Notes under the pieces: generated by a model | The model's database searches: none | What the model was told of the DNA's origin: nothing | The model's input: only the letters and a program-made list of their open reading frames with translations | Part shown: piece by piece, positions 56,815-64,000 of the stretch | Layout: each line of letters begins with the position of its first letter | How positions within the stretch are numbered: position 1 is the stretch's first letter | Position numbers and translations under genes: made by a program | DNA from: a virus | Lineage: Duplodnaviria; Caudoviricetes | Length of the DNA stretch: 64,000 nt | IMG/VR virus record: IMGVR_UViG_3300045594_000116 | Location: 64,001 to 128,000 of that record | Reading direction: 5' to 3' (one strand)

Positions 56815-58497
56815 TTAGAATTTAGGCATTGAGAACTTATTCTCATCTGTTGGTAATGATAATGTAAGAGCATACAATGCATCGATACCTTCATTAGTAG
56901 TACACATTATATTCTTACCAGAAAGAGAAATGAAGTGCCGCTTAGAGTTAAGCTGGTCTTCAAGTTCTTTATTGGCTTCTGTACTATATACAGACTTACA
57001 TGAAACTTGGTCGCCATCATAATCCCCACCAATAGATCCAAGATAGATATTACTAATACCTAATGTATCAATAAACAAGTTGGTGGTATTACTATTGATC
57101 AATTCTTTTGTAATGTATGGATAGTTCTTATAGAACGTTCCATTCACTACCATTGGTTCTGTACGCTTGGTAGAATATACGTTTACTTTTGTAGGGAACT
57201 GGTTGAAGCAACTATCGATAGGATATCTGGTAACCAGAATCATCTTGTCCTTAGTTACTTCTTTAGCTGCCATAAACAAAAGATCACACCATGTAAGAAT
57301 ACGTTCCTGTAATGGGAATTTGTTTATGTCAGAGTCTTTTGCCGTAAACTCTTCTTCTGTACACTGATGACCTTTGAAAATCATATTCGTAAACTTAATA
57401 GTTTCTCCATGGTACTTGAATGGTTCTACTGGAACCTCTATAGGACGTAACCGCCCTGCATAGCCATGGATAAATCTATCGATTTCTTCTTTTAGCACTT
57501 CATCTGAAAATGAGATCAGCGGGTCTTTTACCTTAGCAGCAACAACTTCATTTCCATTTCTTGAGAATGGAACACTGCCCATATCAGAGAACTGATTCTG
57601 AAAGAAGTTTCTTAACCAGAATATGATATACGGAAAGAAGTTAGCACATACAGCCGCTAATGGAACAGCACTATGATCTACATCAACCATCATATCATCG
57701 ATATTCTCTACCTTCAGATTAGGAGCGGACAATACTAATCGGGCAGACATATCTGTTGTCTTACTAGTAGCAGCTCTATTGATGATACCTTGCTTACCGG
57801 TTATCTCACCTGTAATCCAATCAAAGATCGAAACCAGTATGTCCTGTATACGGGCAGCTACTGTCGTAGAAAGGCTAATTCCGTATTCAGCACTCTCCTC
57901 AAGTGACTTAGTTGCTACGATTAGAGATGTATAAAGCTTGTTTATATCTCCAACTCCAAGTCCATGATAAGCATCTTCTGCGCTGTTCACATCTCGATAG
58001 TATGCAGGAAGAATGATAAAATCTTTTATCCACATACGATCACCGAATCGCTTCAGGAACTTGATATTGTATTCTCTAGATTCAGCACCGGTGGATTTGA
58101 ACTTAAGAGAGTCATATACCTTCTTGAAGAATTTTATTCCGCATTCTCCATTTTCTTCATCTTCTACAAGTTCTCCACCTTTAACGACAAATTTCTTTGT
58201 TCCGTGAATACATGCAGAGATTTTTCCATCAAGCTTACAGAGAATCTTATAAAATAATGGAGACAAGAATGGAGTATTCCCAAGTGCTACATATGCAAAT
58301 GTATTAGAACGATCATACTGCGTAATACCAAAGATTTCATGAGAAAGCAAACCTTCTGGATTAGCCTGCATCCCACTACCATTCTTGCTAAAGATGATAG
58401 GAGATGTAACCTGCTGCAATTTGTTGACTTTAACAAAATGGTCAGTTCTGAGAGGCTTTACATTCAGATATCTATTCTTTTTTTCTTTCTTTATCAT
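56815..58497 (-). CDS. Phage RNA polymerase beta'-like subunit, N-terminal/catalytic half (560 aa)
   Basis: EGLLSHEIFG, ILPAYYRD, GKQG.I..K.TD.SARLV, LVTRYP, GGDYDGDQ (metal-binding DxDGD). AAAGGAG RBS gives a start at 58497; late motif AACA tcgagg TAA at 58520-58532. Confidence 0.92.
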   Translation of the reverse strand: MIKKEKKNRYLNVKPLRTDHFVKVNKLQQVTSPIIFSKNGSGMQANPEGLLSHEIFGITQYDRSNTFAYVALGNTPFLSPLFYKILCKLDGKISACIHGTKKFVVKGGELVEDEENGECGIKFFKKVYDSLKFKSTGAESREYNIKFLKRFGDRMWIKDFIILPAYYRDVNSAEDAYHGLGVGDINKLYTSLIVATKSLEESAEYGISLSTTVAARIQDILVSIFDWITGEITGKQGIINRAATSKTTDMSARLVLSAPNLKVENIDDMMVDVDHSAVPLAAVCANFFPYIIFWLRNFFQNQFSDMGSVPFSRNGNEVVAAKVKDPLISFSDEVLKEEIDRFIHGYAGRLRPIEVPVEPFKYHGETIKFTNMIFKGHQCTEEEFTAKDSDINKFPLQERILTWCDLLFMAAKEVTKDKMILVTRYPIDSCFNQFPTKVNVYSTKRTEPMVVNGTFYKNYPYITKELINSNTTNLFIDTLGISNIYLGSIGGDYDGDQVSCKSVYSTEANKELEDQLNSKRHFISLSGKNIMCTTNEGIDALYALTLSLPTDENKFSMPKF

Positions 58498-58589
58498 TAG
58501 TGACTCAGCTCCTTTACTATTACCTCGATGTTTCCAAAGCACGTAATTACGGTTAAAACTATTAAGTAAACCATAAAGGAGGTAATAAT

Positions 58590-59141
58590 ATGGGACAGAT
58601 TTTAGGTGTAGATATTTCTGAGAACAATGATCTGTGTCTGGAAGATTTTCAGGCAATGGTCAATGCTGGCGTAGAATTTGTAGTCATTCGTTCTTCGTAT
58701 GGTCTGCATAGCGCCGACAGCCGTTTCAAAGAATATTGTGGCTATGCCGATCAGGTTGGTTTGCGTAAGCAGGCTTATCATTATTCTTATGGCCATAATG
58801 CGGACGAAGTTGCTCAGGAAGCTGAGAACTGCCGTAAGACCATTGAGGATGCTGGTGTTTCCCTGGAAATGGTATGGTATGATTGCGAGGAAGCTCGTCT
58901 TCGTGGCTGGGCTACTGAAGCATGCAAGACTTTCTTGGACAATGTCGGGCTGCATTGCGGAGTTTATGCTTCGCTGAGCTGGTTCCCTGACGAGATCGAC
59001 TATGAGTCGCTCGGCTGCTCTATTTGGGTAGCACAGTACAACCGTACTTGTGACCTTAAAGGCTATATGTGGCAGTTCACCGATGCCTTTGAGATCAATG
59101 GCAAAGGGTTCGATGGAGATTACATCTTCACCGAAGACTAA
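58590..59141 (+). CDS. GH25 muramidase endolysin (catalytic domain only)
   Basis: GVDISENN, FVVIRSSYG, AYHYSY, WYDCEE, WVAQY, MWQFT, FDGD; late-type motif AACT attaag TAA at 58557-58569. Confidence 0.9.
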   Translation: MGQILGVDISENNDLCLEDFQAMVNAGVEFVVIRSSYGLHSADSRFKEYCGYADQVGLRKQAYHYSYGHNADEVAQEAENCRKTIEDAGVSLEMVWYDCEEARLRGWATEACKTFLDNVGLHCGVYASLSWFPDEIDYESLGCSIWVAQYNRTCDLKGYMWQFTDAFEINGKGFDGDYIFTED

Positions 59142-59163
59142 GAGAAAATTTAAGCAAATTATC

Positions 59164-59194
59164 GAGAATGCCATTTTGGCATTCTCGGTTTTTT
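59164..59194 (+). terminator. Intrinsic terminator
   Basis: GAGAATGCCA-ttt-TGGCATTCTC plus T run. Confidence 0.75.
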
Positions 59195-59200
59195 GTGTTA

Positions 59201-59216
59201 TATATTATAATTATGG
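59201..59216 (+). promoter_or_regulatory. Putative early promoter
   Basis: TATATTATA atta TGG. Confidence 0.55.
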
Positions 59217-59284
59217 AGTGGTGAAAATGCATCATCACTAAATAACTATATTCAGGTACAAGTCGTACCAAGGGAGGTCTCTTA

Positions 59285-59857
59285 ATGTCAACAGCTACAG
59301 AGTTATGGAAAGAGTGTACTCAACCACCAGCAGGAATGGGTGCACAGAACCTCAAGAAGATCCAGGAGAGGGTCTATGGGAACAGTTTCAAGGTTCCGTT
59401 GTATGGACATAAGTTTGTCTTTACTCCGGAGCAATGCCCAGTAGTGTTTAAAGATGGTAAGGTAGTAATCTTTGAGCATGGGTTCGTAAAACTCTTTGAC
59501 GAGAAGTTTAATCTTGTCAAAGAGATGAAATCCAAGATTACGGATAGATTGGATTTCAATGGTAGTATGATCTATCACCAAAGAGCACCAAAGGAGAAAT
59601 GGAAAAGACTCTTATGGGAAGTAGGATTGGTTAAAAGGAATTGGCGCCATCCTAACAATATTCAAATGAGACTCATAGATGACTCATTTTGTGTAGAGGA
59701 TAGATCTACACAGGTTACATACAGTATTACTGTTTATAAAACGGGGACTAATGCATTATTTTGGCATGCACATGTCAAAGAGACCCCAGCAGTGATTCTG
59801 CAGTCAATGGCCGAGCGCGTTAAGAAAATAATGAATACAAAAGGATGGGTTAAATAA
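59285..59857 (+). CDS. Hypothetical protein
   Basis: GGGAGG RBS, 190 aa. Confidence 0.75.
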   Translation: MSTATELWKECTQPPAGMGAQNLKKIQERVYGNSFKVPLYGHKFVFTPEQCPVVFKDGKVVIFEHGFVKLFDEKFNLVKEMKSKITDRLDFNGSMIYHQRAPKEKWKRLLWEVGLVKRNWRHPNNIQMRLIDDSFCVEDRSTQVTYSITVYKTGTNALFWHAHVKETPAVILQSMAERVKKIMNTKGWVK

Positions 59858-60450
59858 TGATGAAAATAAATGCAGCAAAGGAAATCGCAAGAAAGATCGA
59901 AAACAAACAGGAATATGATATGTTCCTGCTTAATATAACGAATCTTAAAGATCAGGGAAAGCTGGATCAGAAAGATTATATGGACTTGTTTACTGTAGCA
60001 TGCAAGTCTTATGTCAATCATCAGTATCCGGAAGATATTCCATATGGCTTTTACACAGTGGATGAGATGTTCGATCGCTACCCAGAGGAATGGATAGTAA
60101 TGAATGAAGATGAACTTAGGTTTGTTATTCGTAAAGCCATTATGAAGCTTTCTAAGATGACTCCATTTGTAGAAGATTTGGCATACAATGTCAGAATGGC
60201 TAATATCATTCAGCTTGAGTTCCCTTCTCCATATGGGTTAGATAGTAGTATGAATCTTTCGTGGCTTGGAGATTATATGAGTCATATCGACGTAGATCTT
60301 TCTGGTGCTGTTGCGGCTATTAAACAGATTGAAAAGGATTACAGAGAGGAGTATAAGAAGTTCGGATGCAGTGATTATACTGCTGGCGATATAATGATAA
60401 TCGATAATGCTTTGAGCATATTGATTCCGAACTATGAAAGGGTATTTTAA
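59857..60450 (+). CDS. Hypothetical protein
   Basis: Start overlaps the upstream stop, 197 aa. Confidence 0.75.
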   Translation: MMKINAAKEIARKIENKQEYDMFLLNITNLKDQGKLDQKDYMDLFTVACKSYVNHQYPEDIPYGFYTVDEMFDRYPEEWIVMNEDELRFVIRKAIMKLSKMTPFVEDLAYNVRMANIIQLEFPSPYGLDSSMNLSWLGDYMSHIDVDLSGAVAAIKQIEKDYREEYKKFGCSDYTAGDIMIIDNALSILIPNYERVF

Positions 60451-60462
60451 AGGAGATGATAC

Positions 60463-60682
60463 GATGATTAATCCGGATTTTTATATTGTGTCTTCGGCGT
60501 TAAGCGCCATTATTATCTTGCTGATTATAACTTTCGTTATAGAGCATGGTAATGGAAACAAATTGTACTTAGGATTTAATCAAACCCAGATAATAGTGAT
60601 TACATATGGGATGGCTCTTCTGATTGATGTGGTACTTATAGTATACCTGGCATATACGCCAAATCGTTTTTGGAATGGATAA
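60463..60682 (+). CDS. Small two-TM membrane protein
   Basis: AAGGAG RBS before MINPDF; two hydrophobic helices. Confidence 0.6.
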
Positions 60683-60771
60683 TAAAACAGCAACCGTATT
60701 GTTGCTTGAGTGGATGATAGGAATAGTCATCACCCTCCTACTTATGATGATAGGAGTAATGATATTCTACT

Positions 60772-60808
60772 AAAGGGAAGGAGTCTTAACGGCTCCTTTC
60801 TTTTTTTT
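60772..60808 (+). terminator. Intrinsic terminator
   Basis: AAAGGGAAGGAGTC-ttaac-GGCTCCTTTCTTT plus T run. Confidence 0.75.
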
Positions 60809-60882
60809 AATCATCCCTTGTTCGGTATGATAAAAGATATTCTGAACTTATTATTAATGAGATCACAAAGGAGTGGTAAAAA

Positions 60883-63180
60883 TTGAAACACATAATTCCG
60901 ATCAGTGAGGTATGCTATAAAAGCCGTAGTATACCGCAGCGAGCCATGTACTGTTATCCACTATATGAGACCTATAGGAAGGTATATAACTTCCGCAATA
61001 TAGAAGAGTCTCTGTCTAGATGGAATTCGTACAGCAAAGATGAACAGGTGTGCTTTGAGCAAGCAACTTCACTTCTCAATTATGTATTGGAGAAGGGACC
61101 AGCTAGCGACAAACGTACGGCTGTAGAGCGTGTAGCTAATATTGCTGTAAATCTCCAAAACCCAAAAGCTTCTAAAGGTGTAGTTACGGCAATGACTAAG
61201 AAAGCCGATAATGCTGTAAAGAAAGAAGCTGTATCTGTTATTGAGTCTGCTCTCGATAAGAATATCGAGGAACGGCGTATTATCGCTAATCATGAGATGA
61301 TTAGCAAAAGATTCAATGTAGATTCATTTGTGCGTGAGAATCTGATGTTCAGTAATGATCCATCGGAAGTTCTTTACGAGTTGTGCTCCTTTGTAGAAAC
61401 GTATAAACTTGGATTAGATTCCAAGTTTAAGATCGCTTTGGAGGAATGCTTATTTGCAATGGCCAAGAACAATATCGAAGTAGATGAACAGACTGTTCTT
61501 GAAGCTGTTACAGATTTCTTTATCTCTAATGAGATGAAGAAGAATGATAAGGGTGGTCAGATCTTTGATATCATGGATAAGGTCTGTAAATCGAGTAAGC
61601 TAATCAGTAATTGGGATTATATTAAAGATTTGCAGAAACACTGCAAATCTAAAGATTCTGTGAAAGAAAGCATGATGCTTACAGAGGCAGACAAAGGGAT
61701 TATCAATACACTTGGTAATGCTAAGAACCTTGGCAAAGAAACCATTAACAAATTCAAGTCTCTTTCTGATAAAACCGTTCCTGACCTTAAGACTGTTATC
61801 AATAAACTCTTCATTCTCAAGAGGGATGAAGATGTAATCAATGATACTTCAAACGTACTCTCTCTTATTTTTTATCTTATTATCATTGCTGGGACATTCG
61901 CCATTGGAGTATTGCCCGGAATCTTGGGTTTGATAGTCACCAAGACTATCAATATGCATCTTGAGCGTAAGTATTATGATAAGGTGCTTAAGAAATGGTA
62001 TGCCCATAGAGATGCCACTGCAAGAAAGATGGAGAAGTGCAAAGATCCTGAGAAGAAGAAAAAGCTTGAAGAATATCTTAAAGAACTCGATAAGAACATT
62101 GAGAAGCTTGAAGACTATTCGGATGCAATGCGTGGCGATGATGAAAAGAAGTCAAGCGATAAACGTCCAGAGAACTACAGTAAGAAAGATGACGATGATT
62201 TTGGGGATCTTGGATTTGGATTTGAAGCTTCAAATATGGCATCTGATATAGAAGCTATATCATTTGGTATAGAGAATATCAAATGGGATAGAAAGTTAGT
62301 AGAGAATACATTGCTTTCTTATGAAGGAGCACAGAAATTATCTACTGATGATTTGAATTATCTTGCTGAGTTTGCTATCAGATACCCTGGCATGCTTTCA
62401 CTTGATAAGATTCATGAAGCTGTTTGTATCAAAGAGAAGAGTATTCTCGATGAATCTACTAGCGTGATGAGCTATGTAGAAACTGGATTCTGCTCTAGTA
62501 TCAAAGAGAAAGTTGAGCTGGCTAAGAAGAAGGAAGACGAGGTTAAATATCTCGAGAAAGATACTACAACTAAAGATGTATTCAAAGAATTGAATGATCT
62601 GTACAAGTATACCTCGAATATTAATCATCATATTTCCTGCTTCAATGAGCTCTCTATGACTAGCAATCTTAAACTGGCTGCAGATAAACTTATGAATGGT
62701 GTATCTAAGTTATCTGATAAAGAGCAGGTTGCATCTAGAACTCTTGATGGTGCTTGCAGACTTATGCAGCGTTCAGTTGAAAGAGCGCTGACAATGGAGA
62801 ATAGAGAAGCCGTAATCCGTGGAGATGTTCTTCCATCTTTGAGTAAGATTATTAAGTTAGCAGCTGTTACAGGTGTAGCAGCACTTATCCATCCGGCATT
62901 GGCAGCTATAATTCTTATTGGTAGATTCGCTATGAGTGCCAAGATTCGTACTAAAGAGCGTCAGATGGTCGTAGATGAACTGTCTGTCGAACTCAAGATG
63001 ATCGATAAATATATCCAGGATGCTGATGACAAGAAAGATTACAAGAAAGAGCGTGAACTCATGCTTGTAAAGAAAAAGCTTCAGAATCAGTATTCTCGCT
63101 TGAGCTATAATATAAACGTCGAATGGAAAGACGACAATACCCACATGCATATCGATAAGAATATTAAAAATGATGATTAA
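60883..63180 (+). CDS. Putative virion structural protein (765 aa, two hydrophobic segments)
   Basis: AAAGGAG RBS, TTG start; late-type motif AACT tattat TAA at 60845-60857. Confidence 0.65.
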   Translation: MKHIIPISEVCYKSRSIPQRAMYCYPLYETYRKVYNFRNIEESLSRWNSYSKDEQVCFEQATSLLNYVLEKGPASDKRTAVERVANIAVNLQNPKASKGVVTAMTKKADNAVKKEAVSVIESALDKNIEERRIIANHEMISKRFNVDSFVRENLMFSNDPSEVLYELCSFVETYKLGLDSKFKIALEECLFAMAKNNIEVDEQTVLEAVTDFFISNEMKKNDKGGQIFDIMDKVCKSSKLISNWDYIKDLQKHCKSKDSVKESMMLTEADKGIINTLGNAKNLGKETINKFKSLSDKTVPDLKTVINKLFILKRDEDVINDTSNVLSLIFYLIIIAGTFAIGVLPGILGLIVTKTINMHLERKYYDKVLKKWYAHRDATARKMEKCKDPEKKKKLEEYLKELDKNIEKLEDYSDAMRGDDEKKSSDKRPENYSKKDDDDFGDLGFGFEASNMASDIEAISFGIENIKWDRKLVENTLLSYEGAQKLSTDDLNYLAEFAIRYPGMLSLDKIHEAVCIKEKSILDESTSVMSYVETGFCSSIKEKVELAKKKEDEVKYLEKDTTTKDVFKELNDLYKYTSNINHHISCFNELSMTSNLKLAADKLMNGVSKLSDKEQVASRTLDGACRLMQRSVERALTMENREAVIRGDVLPSLSKIIKLAAVTGVAALIHPALAAIILIGRFAMSAKIRTKERQMVVDELSVELKMIDKYIQDADDKKDYKKERELMLVKKKLQNQYSRLSYNINVEWKDDNTHMHIDKNIKNDD

Positions 63181-63196
63181 GGAGGTATGAACATTT

Positions 63197-64000
63197 ATGA
63201 GCAGTATGTTTGATAGTTTACGCTATATAGTAAATGAAAAGATCACCGTAAATGGGCAGCCACTTGGGGATGATACAGCTGATGGCGAGGAGGAACCTAA
63301 ATATGATGACGACCCTAATCAAGATCCAGCAGCGCCAGATGACAATGGAGGCACTAATGCAGACAATACACCAGCTGAGCCGGCACCGGCTGCTGATGCC
63401 ACTGGCGATGCTGCTAATGATGCTACTTCAGCACCTGATCAAGCACCAGATACGGCGAATGCTCCGGATGACACTGCGGCTGAGCCAGAACCCGCTGGCG
63501 AAGATCAACCCAATGACCAAACGAATGCACCAGATAATACTGCGGATGCAGGTGATGCTGACGCTACTGGGGATGAACCACCAGTATACGATGATGACCC
63601 TAATGCAGAAGACGATACCGATGGAGGCTTAGACGCTGGAGACACTGGTGCAGATGATACAGCTGCAGATGCTCCGGATGCTGGTACAGACCAAGCCGCT
63701 ACTGATACACCACCAGAAGAGGCAGGAGCGGCTCCTGCCACTGGTGGAGATGATACTGGGGATGAACCGCCAACATATGACGACGATCCTAATGCTGAAG
63801 ACGATGCACCAGCCGACGACGGTACAGATCCTCAAGAAGGAGGAGATGACAATGGGCAGGGCGCTGAGGACGGTGGAGAGGAACCGCCAACATATGACGA
63901 CGATCCTAACGCAGAAGATGGCGAAGGTGACGACGGACAAGAAGCTGGAGATGACGGTGCTGGTGATACTGGCGATGCAGCTCCTGCTGATGGTGTGGAT
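63197..64000 (+). CDS. Highly acidic Asp/Ala/Gly/Pro-rich protein (partial, runs off window)
   Basis: AAGGAGG RBS, MSSMFDSLRYIVNEKITVNG..., open to the window end; four (E/D)EPxxYDDDPN-type repeats. Not in ORF track. Confidence 0.8.
   Translation, partial: MSSMFDSLRYIVNEKITVNGQPLGDDTADGEEEPKYDDDPNQDPAAPDDNGGTNADNTPAEPAPAADATGDAANDATSAPDQAPDTANAPDDTAAEPEPAGEDQPNDQTNAPDNTADAGDADATGDEPPVYDDDPNAEDDTDGGLDAGDTGADDTAADAPDAGTDQAATDTPPEEAGAAPATGGDDTGDEPPTYDDDPNAEDDAPADDGTDPQEGGDDNGQGAEDGGEEPPTYDDDPNAEDGEGDDGQEAGDDGAGDTGDAAPADGVD

Noticed and set aside
58498-58656. N-terminal 53 aa of the listed 613-aa beta' ORF
   Set aside because: Overlaps the endolysin start and the divergent promoter region; the RBS supports a start at 58497.
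63252-63940. Three listed ORFs at the window end
   Set aside because: Alternate frames of the acidic gene starting at 63197.
1-64000. tRNA, rRNA, transposase, integrase, group I intron or intein; alternative genetic code
   Set aside because: None recognised by eye. Long ORFs are intact under the standard code and TAA, TAG and TGA all serve as stops. tRNAscan or Infernal would be needed to exclude RNA genes fully.

Overview
This 64-kb window looks like part of a jumbo myovirus genome of the AR9/PBS1-phiKZ type, which encodes its own multisubunit RNA polymerase. The host is probably a Firmicute, judging from the strong GGAGG Shine-Dalgarno sites and the peptidoglycan hydrolases. Two RNA polymerase subunit genes are present: a beta-like gene at <1..4566 that the ORF track missed because it runs off the window, and a beta'-like gene carrying DYDGD. 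The structural genes include a 4860-aa tape-measure/lysin polyprotein, baseplate and tail genes (gp6-like, gp25-like, gp26-like chaperone, tube-initiator-like) and four tandem paralogous internal-head-type proteins. Other recognisable genes are a RusA resolvase, a PC4/YdbC-like protein, a GH25 endolysin and an 1802-aa multi-enzyme protein (Zn finger, nuclease-like, kinase, three transglutaminase-like domains, Nudix). Two phage promoter classes can be read from the DNA: TATATTATA-N4-TGR before small non-structural genes and RACW-N6-TAA before structural and RNAP genes. A family of dispersed CCCTCTAC...GTAGAGGG hairpins is also present. The most unusual signals are three. First, about 15 (G/S)KWGRG-type motifs punctuate the enzyme and repeat modules of the giant tail protein, which carries its own C39-like protease. 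Second, a 624-bp module flanked by 20-bp direct repeats, with its own promoter-like motif, RBS and ATG, sits in frame inside the 1802-aa gene. Third, enzyme modules appear to be inserted into virion proteins between hydrophobic-x-Glu sites. All family assignments come from motif recognition by eye; no searches were run.
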